Of a DNA stretch of 64,000 nucleotides, positions 31,093 to 42,161 are shown piece after piece. Made by a program: the position numbers and the translations under genes. Source of the stretch: Armatimonadota bacterium (lineage in GTDB: Bacteria > Armatimonadota > HRBIN16); assembly GCA_963677485.1 (NCBI GenBank), contig OY781964.1:3552001-3616000 (forward strand). The letters are read 5' to 3'. The notes below the pieces were generated by a model. It made no database searches. It saw nothing but the letters and a program-made list of their open reading frames with translations, and had not been told where the DNA came from. The stretch's first letter is position 1, and each line of letters starts with the position of its first letter.

Positions 31093-31225
31093 ACAAGAAA
31101 TGACCCGGGTAAAAAATCTACCCGGGTCGAACCCAGCGGTGTTTACCGTGGGTCGCGTAGTCATCCACTTTCGTGGAGCTACAACCTGTTTCTGTATCTA
31201 CCACCAAAGGCTATAGACCAGACTG
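31093..31225 (-). ncRNA. candidate structured RNA, copy 2, in the 5' leader of the APH gene
   Basis: Same core as copy 1 with compensatory CCAC-GAAA-GTGG. Terminator-like hairpin ends ~12 nt before the APH RBS. Confidence 0.55.
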
Positions 31226-31230
31226 TTTTA

Positions 31231-31260
31231 AATATACCCTCTACCGTAAAGAGAATGCAA
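31231..31260 (-). promoter_or_regulatory. sigma70-type promoter of RNA copy 2 / APH
   Basis: TTGCAT-18 nt-TATATT on minus strand, at the same offset from the RNA core as in copy 1. Confidence 0.5.
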
Positions 31261-31399
31261 TCCGAATCTACAGCAGATGTTAAAACTAGCAAAAATACGG
31301 ATATGCTCGCCGTATAGTAGGGGATACCCAGTCGCAGTATACTAATCTGAGGGGAACTATCCTTCAAATCGCCAGTTCAGAATGTGTGAGGTCGATTCG

Positions 31400-32734
31400 A
31401 TGAAAATGCTCATTTTAATGATGTTTGTGGTCGGTATGGCCGTGTTCCAAGCCAGGCCCGTATACGCTGCCAACCCGATACTGCGAGGCTTGGGAGTGTG
31501 TGACCCGCATATCCGCATCTACAACAATCGAGCATGGTTATACGCTACCCATGACGCCTCGGTCAACAACACGGGCTTCACAATGCATGACTGGTGGGTG
31601 TGGTCCTCAACTGACCTTGTGAACTGGACACATGAGAGCACACTACGGCCGGAGGATACTTACCACAAGGCTCCATCGACGACCTGCTGGGCTACCGACA
31701 GTTTGAAATCTCACGGCAAATACTACTTCTATTTCTCAATGGGTGTCACTGATGTGGGTGTGGTCGTTGGCGATACACCCAAAGGGCCATGGCGTGACCC
31801 ATTGGGCAAGCCGCTTCTACCATCCACATTGACGCCAACCGAAGAGCGTGATCCAGGCATCATCATGGATGATGATGGGAACGTCTACATCGTGTTTGGG
31901 GTGTGGGACTTCTATATTGCACGATTGAACAAGGATATGATCTCATTGGCGGAGGCACCCCGGAAGATCGAACTCGATCAAAAAGATGGTCCATATGGTC
32001 CCGGCAAGACAGACGACAAGCCGTATCTTCACAAATACAAAGGCAATTACTATCTTTCCTGGGGATGCTTCTACGCGATGTCCGATAGCGTCTACGGTCC
32101 ATATACTTATAAAGGCTCCGTGATCGTGGAAAGCCGCACCTCACCCGAGTTTCAAAAGGGGCTGACAATGGACCGTCACGGCTGCTTCTTCGAGCTCTAC
32201 AACCAATGGTATTTCATGTGCAATGATCAGAGCTGGCCTGGCAGCCACGGAGTGTTTCGAAACTCGGTGATCTGCTATGTTCACTACCGTGACAACGGTG
32301 AGATTGAACCCGTCACGCTGGACTCTGTAGGAGTGGGAGAATATGATGCGGCCAATGGGCGCATCGAGGCGGAGAACTACTTCAAGGCGGTGAACACCAC
32401 CAAGCGACAGTCACCTGAGGGCGGATTTGAGATCAAGGGCATTCGGGAGAACAGCCGTCTGGTGTATCCCCGTGTGAGGAATATACCCGCCAACTGCTCG
32501 ATGAAGTTCCACGTGGCCTCAGCAGCTCTGCAGGGGGGCGTCATAGAGGTGCGTGCAAGCGGTTTCCGGGGCAAGTTGCTGGGCCGATGTCAGGTGCCGT
32601 ATACCGGAGGATGGACCAGTTACAAGACCGTCGAGTGCAAGCTTAAAAACACGGCAGAGAAAATGGACATTGCCCTGGTATTTAAAGGTCAAGGGGCTGA
32701 GCTGATGAGGCTTGACTGGATGAGCTTCGACTAG
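31400..32734 (+). CDS. secreted GH43 glycoside hydrolase (xylosidase/arabinosidase-like) with C-terminal CBM6
   Basis: NPI...CDPHIRIYNNRAWLYATHD, SSTDLVNWT, WATD, PKGPWRDPLGKPL, DPGIIMDDDG. RIEAENY...TGGWTSY...RLDWMSF. Confidence 0.88.
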   Translation: MKMLILMMFVVGMAVFQARPVYAANPILRGLGVCDPHIRIYNNRAWLYATHDASVNNTGFTMHDWWVWSSTDLVNWTHESTLRPEDTYHKAPSTTCWATDSLKSHGKYYFYFSMGVTDVGVVVGDTPKGPWRDPLGKPLLPSTLTPTEERDPGIIMDDDGNVYIVFGVWDFYIARLNKDMISLAEAPRKIELDQKDGPYGPGKTDDKPYLHKYKGNYYLSWGCFYAMSDSVYGPYTYKGSVIVESRTSPEFQKGLTMDRHGCFFELYNQWYFMCNDQSWPGSHGVFRNSVICYVHYRDNGEIEPVTLDSVGVGEYDAANGRIEAENYFKAVNTTKRQSPEGGFEIKGIRENSRLVYPRVRNIPANCSMKFHVASAALQGGVIEVRASGFRGKLLGRCQVPYTGGWTSYKTVECKLKNTAEKMDIALVFKGQGAELMRLDWMSFD

Positions 32735-32796
32735 GCACACCAAACCAAATTTACAATGGGTTTCCAGCATAGTTTGGGGGGTGCCGTGCAGTATCG

Positions 32797-33741
32797 CTAC
32801 GTGGCCCAGTTGACCCCAGTCAAATTCACATTTTCCAGGTTGACACCGCGCAGGTTGGCACGGTGTAGATGCGCCTTATTCAAGTTGGCTCCGTCCAAGT
32901 TGGCTCCTACGAGACTAATACCGGCCAGCTTGGCGTTGCTAAGGTCCACATTGGACAGGTTTGCTTTAGAAAAATCTGCACAGTGAAGATTGGCGTAGTG
33001 CAGTATCGCATGGCTCAGATCTGCACCTTCCATACAAACGCCGCTCAGGTTGGCGCAATGTAGAACGGCATCACGAAGATTCGCACCGTGTAAGTCGGCA
33101 TCACTCAGATTCGTGTGCTCCATTTTAGCGCGTTCAAGTGTGCAGCCGCTTAGGGTGGTGCCATGCATATCAGATTGAGACAGATTGGCATCCTCGAAGT
33201 TGGCGCTCACCAAGTTCGCGCTGGTGAGGTTTGAGTCTTCCAGTTTCGCGTTGCTCAGGTTCGCACCTTGTAGATTAGCACCGGTCAGATTAGCAAAGTT
33301 GAGCCACGCACCGCACAGTTGGGCATCACGTAAATCAGCACCACTCAGATCAGCTCCAACCAGATTCGCCTCGGTCAAGTCAGCACCCTTGAGGCAGGCG
33401 TTGATCATCCGCGTATTACTTAAATTGGCTTTGCGAAGGTTGGCGTTAGAGATATTAGCTTCCGACAGGTCCGCCCTGATTAACTTAGTGCTCTCTAAAT
33501 TGGCTTTAGTGAGATTGGCACCACGTAAATCGGCACCCCACATCTGAGCCGATTCCAAGTTGGCATTTGCCAGCATCGCGCCTTTTAGATTGGCATCGGG
33601 CAGGTCGGCATGGGCTAAAACCACACCCTTCAGGTTAGCGGTATGTAGTTCGTTTTTGCTAGTCTGTATTGCGGTCAGGATATCCTGGTAATCACCGGTC
33701 ACGATGACTGCATTGTTCGTGTCCTTAATTTCTATCTGCAT
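32797..33741 (-). CDS. pentapeptide repeat protein
   Basis: About 55 A(N/D)Lxx repeats after a short N-terminal segment. Confidence 0.93.
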   Translation of the reverse strand: MQIEIKDTNNAVIVTGDYQDILTAIQTSKNELHTANLKGVVLAHADLPDANLKGAMLANANLESAQMWGADLRGANLTKANLESTKLIRADLSEANISNANLRKANLSNTRMINACLKGADLTEANLVGADLSGADLRDAQLCGAWLNFANLTGANLQGANLSNAKLEDSNLTSANLVSANFEDANLSQSDMHGTTLSGCTLERAKMEHTNLSDADLHGANLRDAVLHCANLSGVCMEGADLSHAILHYANLHCADFSKANLSNVDLSNAKLAGISLVGANLDGANLNKAHLHRANLRGVNLENVNLTGVNWAT

Positions 33742-33996
33742 CTATCTTCATTCTGCCTTGTGTGTGTTCCGCTCATGCTGTGGTTCGAGACTTCACAAAC
33801 TCTACCGCAGACGCATGATCCGTTGCCTGCATGTGCCGAATAAAACATTATACCCTAATACATATAGTTTACACCATAAGTCCGAAAATGACAAGCTGAC
33901 GCCTGCTGAGGGGGTACGGTTGCTTGTCAGCTTAGGACACACGAATAGCTATGGCCTACTTCTTGGGTTCCGGGAGGAACCGAATCCGCCGGAATA

Positions 33997-34035
33997 GTCT
34001 GAACCACGGATTACGCGGATGACACAGATGGAGCG
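33997..34035 (+). repeat. ACGGAT micro-repeat module (solo arm)
   Basis: GTCTGAACCACGGATTACGCGGATGACACAGATGG matches the arms at 61885 and 62035-62095. Confidence 0.7.
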
Positions 34036-34269
34036 GGATGATGGCGGACGCATTTCAGGCTGCTTCAACAGTCTTGTCAGTTAGTAATCGGGGACGCCCC
34101 GATAGTTCAGTTACAGCCTGGGCTGCCGTGCAAGCACGGGCCGATGCTTGGTGTTCAATAGCCGAGACATTTATGTCGCGGAACCGGTGACCTACTGGCC
34201 ATGCGATATTTGCGGGTAATAGACTGACATTGATGTCGCGGCATGGGTGATGGCCATAATTCCCATACC

Positions 34270-34304
34270 AAAAAAAGCCCCGGGTGGAAAAATCCACCCG
34301 GGGC
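34270..34304 (-). terminator. intrinsic terminator of groESL
   Basis: Minus strand gccccgggtgg-atttt-tccacccggggc followed by T7. Confidence 0.9.
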
Positions 34305-34354
34305 GAAACCTGCGGGGTTAGCCGCCGGTCTGATAACCCTCTGCTGGTGCAGAG

Positions 34355-36297
<1,943 letters not shown>

Positions 36298-36355
36298 CGC
36301 TGTTACCTCCTTGTGGTTACGGGATTGCTCCCATTTGGTTGTGTCACTAATCATG

Positions 36356-36382
36356 TTAGCACTCTCGATGTCTGAGTGCCAA
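36356..36382. promoter_or_regulatory. CIRCE operator (HrcA site)
   Basis: TTAGCACTC-N9-GAGTGCCAA, one mismatch to consensus, upstream of groES. Confidence 0.93.
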
Positions 36383-36386
36383 TAGT

Positions 36387-36415
36387 TTTATACCACGCCA
36401 TTTAACATGAGTCAA
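36387..36415 (-). promoter_or_regulatory. sigma70 promoter of groESL
   Basis: TTGACT-17 nt-TATAAA with extended -10 TG, adjacent to CIRCE. Confidence 0.8.
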
Positions 36416-36480
36416 GTATTGTCAAGTGAATTGAGAGATATTTGGAAGGATGCGTGTTTTTAGTGTGAAAACCAGTGAAA

Positions 36481-36590
36481 ATACCTGATATGTCGACGAA
36501 ATGGCGAATCATCGACACTAGGTGTGTAATATGTCGATAGCGTCGACATATACGGGATGATATGTCGAAGAAACGCCATTTCGTCGATAT
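36481..36590. repeat. 110-bp direct repeat (left) made of three ATGTCGA..TCGACAT palindromes
   Basis: 9 mismatches in 110 nt versus 37731-37840 by manual alignment. Confidence 0.9.
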
Positions 36591-36600
36591 AAGTCTGTCG

Positions 36601-37704
36601 TCAGGGCGATAACAGCTTCAAGAGCCGGTGGTTTATGTAGAGCGTCTCCCGGCCAGCAATGACCGCGGTCAGTATCTCGGCCGCCTGCAGCTCCTTCAAG
36701 TATTTGCTTGCTGTCTCACGTTTGGCGATTCCCGCTTCCACCAGGTTGCGAACCCGTGTATAGGGCAGTGTGTACACCAGTTCAATCAACTCTTTAGCGG
36801 GCGTGGTATTCTTGGTAACTTGCCGATAGAGTGCGGTTGCTCTGTCGATGTCTGCGCGGATGGCGATGATTTTGGCTAAGGTGGTACGCGATGTTTGTTC
36901 CACGGCATCAAGCATGTATAGAAGCCACGGTTCCCAAACACGTTGCTCGGTGACGGCACGAAGATTGGCGTAGTAATCAGGCCTATTCTTGATGATGTAA
37001 CCGCTGAGGTATAGAATCGGCTGTTCTAGCAGATTTTTCTGCAGCATGTACAAGATATTGAGTATCCTTCCCGTTCTGCCGTTGCCATCTGTAAAGGGAT
37101 GTATGGATTCGAACTGATAATGAATGATCGCCAGCTTTAACAGCGGGTCTGCAGAATACATCTCATCATCGTTTATGAACTGTTCGAGATTCTTAAGCAG
37201 CCGCAGGATATCCGACTGGTTATCTGGCGGCGTATAGATGACCTGACCAGTGATCTGGTTAGCGATCACTGTTCCTGGCATCGTCCTGATACCGGAGTTG
37301 GTATTTCGGATCTTCTGCACAATATGTACAAACGTGTTGGTTGTGATGAGTTGGTGTTGCTGCAGCTCCTGGTAACCCTCCCACAAAGCGGTTTGATAGC
37401 GGATTACCTCTTTGGTTGCGGGATCAGTTCCGTTAGTCTCAGGATTGGCCAGAGCCTTATACAATGAATCCGTCGTCGTGACGATGTTCTCTATCTCGGA
37501 ACTATCACGCGCTTCCTGCAAGGCGATGGTATTCAATAACACCTTTTGGTTTGGGATCAGCTCTCCAGAGCCTTTCAGCTCCGCTAACGCTCTGGAGGCG
37601 GTTGCGAGTTTACGCAGCACAGGGATGGTCTCGATTTGCTCCTTTGGCGGAAGCTCAGAAAGCTCGTTGAAAGCAATAGACGGATCGAAGCTCATTTGAC
37701 TCAC
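36601..37704 (-). CDS. Fic family AMPylase (class II/SoFic-like) with C-terminal winged-helix domain
   Basis: Canonical HPFTDGNGRTGR. Inhibitory SSEIEN motif. C-terminal RETASKYLKELQAAEIL HTH-like segment. Confidence 0.92.
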   Translation of the reverse strand: MSQMSFDPSIAFNELSELPPKEQIETIPVLRKLATASRALAELKGSGELIPNQKVLLNTIALQEARDSSEIENIVTTTDSLYKALANPETNGTDPATKEVIRYQTALWEGYQELQQHQLITTNTFVHIVQKIRNTNSGIRTMPGTVIANQITGQVIYTPPDNQSDILRLLKNLEQFINDDEMYSADPLLKLAIIHYQFESIHPFTDGNGRTGRILNILYMLQKNLLEQPILYLSGYIIKNRPDYYANLRAVTEQRVWEPWLLYMLDAVEQTSRTTLAKIIAIRADIDRATALYRQVTKNTTPAKELIELVYTLPYTRVRNLVEAGIAKRETASKYLKELQAAEILTAVIAGRETLYINHRLLKLLSP

Positions 37705-37730
37705 CTGTCGGCATATATACTACATCAGTT

Positions 37731-37874
37731 ATACCTGATATGTCGACGAAATGACGAATCGTCGACATTAGGTGTGTAATATGTCGATAGCGTCGACATA
37801 TGCGGGATGATATGTCGACGAAAGACAATTTCGTCGACATGACTCTGACCACATGTCGATGGTGTCGACATATC
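37731..37874. repeat. 110-bp direct repeat (right) plus a fourth palindrome
   Basis: Copy of 36481-36590, followed by ATGTCGATGGTGTCGACAT. Confidence 0.9.
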
Positions 37875-37952
37875 ATACAAGCACACCCCGAAACGAATCA
37901 GGCCCTCTGCACGGTAAAATGAGGGTAGAAGACGAATGCAGGAGGGTGTATA

Positions 37953-38525
37953 TTGAAGCGGATTATCATCGGGGTGACCGGAGCCAGTGGGGCGATTTAC
38001 GCGGCCCGGTTGGTCGCATTACTGGCACCACTGGTGGACCGATTGCTGGTGGTGCCTACACCCACCGCGTGGAAGGTCTGTGATTATGAAATGCCTGACC
38101 TTAATCCGCTGGAGCCCATGAACCTTCCTGCGAATGCCACGCTCTATCAAAGTGATGAGCTGTTTGCGCCTCCCGCCAGTGGTAGTTACCACCATGACGG
38201 TATGGTGGTGATCCCCTGCAGCATGGGCAGTGTGGGCAAGATCGCGAATGGGATCGCCGATAACCTGCTGTGCCGCGCGGCTGATGTCACGTTGAAGGAG
38301 CGTCGCCCGCTTATTATCGTGCCGCGTGAGGCGCCGCTGGGGATTATCCACTTGCGCAACCTGACGAAACTTGCGGAAGCTGGCGCATGCATCATACCCG
38401 CCTGCCCCAGCTTTTACCGGCATCCAAAAAGCGTGACAGAGGTCGTAGATAGCGTGGTGCATCGCGTGATGTGCCAACTGGGTGTAACCCCACCAGGTCT
38501 ACCTGAGTGGGGCGATGATATCTAA
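37953..38525 (+). CDS. ubiX: flavin prenyltransferase UbiX
   Basis: GVTGASGAIYA, APPASGS, PCSMGS, RAADVTLKERR, PREAP. Confidence 0.93.
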   Translation: MKRIIIGVTGASGAIYAARLVALLAPLVDRLLVVPTPTAWKVCDYEMPDLNPLEPMNLPANATLYQSDELFAPPASGSYHHDGMVVIPCSMGSVGKIANGIADNLLCRAADVTLKERRPLIIVPREAPLGIIHLRNLTKLAEAGACIIPACPSFYRHPKSVTEVVDSVVHRVMCQLGVTPPGLPEWGDDI

Positions 38526-38539
38526 AATGGAGAACTAAG

Positions 38540-39718
38540 ATGATACATGCAGGAGAGCGAAAAGTGAATGATTGGAACAAGGAAGTAAATGTACGCTTGC
38601 GTCCCAAGTCCATACTATCTGGACTGGTTCTGGTCATCATTGCATTGGCTGTAGGCTATCTGGCGGGCGCATTTAACCGACAACCTGATCTGCCGATTCT
38701 CAACGGAAGCCGTGCGATTGCCGCTGGGGCACCAGATTTTCGAACAGTGGCAAAGTCGGCACTGCCGTCGGTGGTGAACATCAAGAGCGCGACTGTGATC
38801 CAGGGCCGTCGGTCGCCCATGGCTGATGACCCGTTCTTTCAGTTCTTCTTCGGCGACCGCGGTGAGATGCGTATCCCAGACCGAGTCCAGCAGAGCCTGG
38901 GTTCCGGCGTGATCGTCAGCAAAGACGGTCTGATACTCACCAATAACCACGTGGTGAATGGTGCCACCCAGATTCAGGTGACGCTGTCCGACGGCCGCAG
39001 CATGGAAGCGAAACTGGTCGGAACCGACCCTGGCGTTGATCTGGCCTTGCTTCAAATCAAAGCCAACGACTTACCCGCCATCACCTGGGCTGACAGCTCC
39101 AAGGCTGAGGTGGGGGAGTGGGTTCTGGCCATCGGCGCACCGTTTGGGCTGAAATCCAGCGTGACGGTAGGCATTGTCAGCGCAAAAGGCCGCAGCGATG
39201 TGGGCATCAATCTGTTCGAAGACTTCATCCAGACCGATGCCGCCATCAACCCTGGTAATAGCGGCGGCGCCTTAGTGAACTCACAAGGTGAACTGGTGGG
39301 TATCAACACCGCCATCTTTAGTCAAAGCGGAGGCAGCGTGGGTATCGGATTTGCGATTCCAAGCCGTCTGGCCCAGCAGACTATGGGTATTTTGTTGAAG
39401 AATGGCAAGGTCACGCGAGGATGGTTGGGCATTATTCCATCGGATGACGCTGATGTGCCGGTCAGTGGCGTGGTGGTGGCGAACCTGTTCCGCGATAGTC
39501 CTGCGGACAAGGTCTCCGTGCGACCAGGCGACATTATCGTGAAGGTCGACAATAAGGCCTTCAAGACCAGCGGCGAAATGAAAAGCTACATCATCGCTAA
39601 GAAGGCTGGCGAGAAGGTCAGCTTGACCGTAAAACGCGGCAGCCAGTCAGCCACGGTAGAGGTTCCTGTGATGGACCACCCGTTTGACAGTTCAGGCCGT
39701 GCCGTGCCGGGGTTGTAA
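38540..39718 (+). CDS. HtrA/DegP-family serine protease with PDZ domain
   Basis: LGSGVI, LTNNHVV, DLALL, IQTDAAINPGNSGG. N-terminal TM segment, one PDZ domain. Confidence 0.95.
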   Translation: MIHAGERKVNDWNKEVNVRLRPKSILSGLVLVIIALAVGYLAGAFNRQPDLPILNGSRAIAAGAPDFRTVAKSALPSVVNIKSATVIQGRRSPMADDPFFQFFFGDRGEMRIPDRVQQSLGSGVIVSKDGLILTNNHVVNGATQIQVTLSDGRSMEAKLVGTDPGVDLALLQIKANDLPAITWADSSKAEVGEWVLAIGAPFGLKSSVTVGIVSAKGRSDVGINLFEDFIQTDAAINPGNSGGALVNSQGELVGINTAIFSQSGGSVGIGFAIPSRLAQQTMGILLKNGKVTRGWLGIIPSDDADVPVSGVVVANLFRDSPADKVSVRPGDIIVKVDNKAFKTSGEMKSYIIAKKAGEKVSLTVKRGSQSATVEVPVMDHPFDSSGRAVPGL

Positions 39719-39784
39719 CATCCGCTGCGACTGATCGAGCAGACGGATCGGGCCGATTGGACCGATCCGTCTGAGGTTGTGTGG

Positions 39785-40989
39785 CTACTTCCGCTTGCGC
39801 CAGGCCTTGATGGCGCTTGCCAGGTCGTTCAGCCGAGTGCAGTCGGGCTTCTTTGGGTTCAGAGCTTTCCCGATGATGGGGCAGAGGAACCCGCCCTCGC
39901 TGTGCTCATTCCAGGCGTAGATCAGCACGCTGTTCGCCTCGCACTTGGCCGGATTCGCCTTGATATACTCAAAGGCGTTCGTCAGCAGTTTGCCGATCTC
40001 ATCCGGTTTTGGCTCTTGATACCACAACGCAGCGGGATTACGGGGCCGGTCATCTACGCCTGAGAGTAGCGGTACTACCACTTTGCGGGCACCACCACCC
40101 ATATCACCATTCTCCAGGAAATCCTTCTTGATGTTCCCCAAAGGCTGCTGTATGGCGGCCCCTGTTTCGTGGCACCAAAGGCACCCCGGTAGGCACTTAC
40201 TGCATCCAGACCCGCTTCGTCGATGTAGCGCGCGGCCCAGATTCCACCGGAATTCATACCCACGATATATGGATTACCCAATCCAGCCGACTGCACCTGT
40301 TGCCGGAGATACAGAATCGCCAGTTTAAGCTGATCAATCTTGTAGTCTTTATCGCCCAGTCTTTCCGAGAACTCATCTGGTCCCATGATGTATAATAGCG
40401 GTCGGTTCCCCAGTACCTTCTGGTAAGTGGGTTCTCTCATCAGGCTAATGTATTCCGCGACCGTGTTGTGCCAGTCTGACCAGGTCGTATCTGGGCCGCT
40501 TGTTGGTAGTCCCGATCCAATAAGCCCACCCAGGCAGATTAACGAGAATCCAATGCGCTTTTTCAGAGGGCTATCTAGATAGGCCTGCAGGTTATTTCGG
40601 AGCTGCCAACCATCACCTTTACTCTTTAGGTAGTGGCAGAAGGCCCAGTAGTCGATGCCAGCATCGGCAGCGTAGCGGATTTCCTGGTTGGTGACCTTTT
40701 GAATCTCGCTCTGTGAAAATCCTGGGTTGAAGGAAAAAGGCTTCTCGGGATCGCCGGTCAGCTTCACAAACCATGGGGCCCGCCAGTGGTGTTCCGCAGG
40801 TTTGAGGAAGCCGAACTCCTGCTTTTGAGTGATCGCAGGGCTGCCGTTATAGCCATCCCAGCGGATGACGCCCACCAGTGGCGCGGTGCGAACAGGGGCT
40901 GCGGACGCGACAGCTGAGATGACGGCCGTGGCCAGGCAAAGCGTGAGTTTCAAAACCGTGGCGTAAGGTGGAATGTGGGCTGATCCCAT
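39785..40989 (-). pseudogene. secreted GH99/WbsX-like glycoside hydrolase interrupted by a -1 frameshift near 40140
   Basis: Signal peptide. VGVIRWD, QEIRYAADAGIDYWAF, YQKVLGNRPLLY in frame 1; the C-terminal LIYAWNEHSEGG continues in the other frame. The break is at a G4 run. Could be an assembly indel. Confidence 0.65.
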
Positions 40990-41020
40990 ATGGTTTCTCC
41001 TGTAGATAGGGTTGGGCGGG

Positions 41021-42040
41021 TTATATCTTGAGCTGATCGAGCTCATATTTACGGATAAGCTCACTGACATGTATCCCACAAGGGGCCACATGCTCAGCTC
41101 CAGCGTCCAGCAACCGTTGCGCCAGTTCCTCATGCCGACATCGGCAGGCGATGTGCAGTGCGGTCCATCCGAACACGTCGGGCTGGTTCAGCAACTCCGG
41201 CTGGCTCAGCAAAATCTGATCCACCAGGTCGGCATCACCTAAGAATGCGGCTTGTGGAAGGGTGACTTCGCAGTCATCGTAACAAAAGCTGAGTGCCACC
41301 GCGATGTTGATCGCCCTGGCTGGGCTTGGCTGTATAGCGAGCTGCGCCGAATGAACTCCAACGACGCCAAACTCATCTGTGGGCATGATGCCTGCGTAAT
41401 GGCACTCATAACCAAACAGTGCAGGATTGAGGCTGGCATTGATGGCACTGAGCCCTGTGAAGTCCTGATCGTAGGGATCTACTCCCAGCAAGATCAGCGC
41501 GTTCAGCACATCGTCATTGCCGTGCAGCGCGGCCAGTACGATCGGCGGGCGGCCATCTGGATCGATGTTGCGCGGATTGGCCCCGCTTAAAAGTAGCTCT
41601 TTACCGACGTTGGGGTTAAGATATCTGCAAGCGACATGCAGCGGCGCGAGGCCGGCTTCATCGCATGAATCGGTGTATGCCCCATAGCGCAGGAGAGTGC
41701 GGACACTGTCCACCGGCCCGAACTCGCATGCCAAGTGAAGGGCGGTGGTCTGAGTGCCGTCGTCACGGATGATGGGCTCTTCGATGTCAGCCCAGAATTC
41801 CATGAGCAGATCAAGAAGCTGTGGCTGGGCTGTCAATGCCAGTGGCAGCAGTGGTGTGCTCGGAGCCCCATTGCTGAGCAAATGGCGTAGGCTGAGTTCA
41901 TCATCGAGTGCGAGTGAGATCTCGGCTGCTGTCCGGCCTAACTCGTCTTGAACAGCTATCAGCTCCGGTTGATCGGCTAGCAGCGCGATGACTTGATCAC
42001 AATCTCGATTTTGGATAGCCTGAAACCAAAGCTCACTCAA
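41021..42040 (-). CDS. ankyrin repeat protein
   Basis: TALHLAC, APLHVAC, PPIVLAA, GWTALHIAC, LLxxGA motifs. Confidence 0.88.
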   Translation of the reverse strand: MSELWFQAIQNRDCDQVIALLADQPELIAVQDELGRTAAEISLALDDELSLRHLLSNGAPSTPLLPLALTAQPQLLDLLMEFWADIEEPIIRDDGTQTTALHLACEFGPVDSVRTLLRYGAYTDSCDEAGLAPLHVACRYLNPNVGKELLLSGANPRNIDPDGRPPIVLAALHGNDDVLNALILLGVDPYDQDFTGLSAINASLNPALFGYECHYAGIMPTDEFGVVGVHSAQLAIQPSPARAINIAVALSFCYDDCEVTLPQAAFLGDADLVDQILLSQPELLNQPDVFGWTALHIACRCRHEELAQRLLDAGAEHVAPCGIHVSELIRKYELDQLKI

Positions 42041-42161
42041 ATGAATCCACTCCCCGAACTGTACTGTTTTTCGTCACCTAGTGTGCATTATACCTTCATC
42101 GTTGATGCATGACCGATCCCGATGGATAATGTAGGCACTACGGCTTTCATAGGAGAACTCA

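Noticed and set aside
29725-31198. Assignment of the duplicated RNA to c-di-GMP-I, c-di-AMP, ZTP, fluoride riboswitch, SRP or tRNA
   Set aside because: A GAAA tetraloop and GGTTCGA-like loop are present, but the diagnostic conserved nucleotides and cloverleaf are missing.
32797-33741. Qnr/MfpA quinolone-resistance call
   Set aside because: Generic A(N/D)Lxx repeats without features specific to Qnr.
36481-37874. CRISPR mini-array or integron attC sites around Fic
   Set aside because: No constant repeat-spacer period, no GTTRRRY/RYYYAAC boxes, and no integrase.
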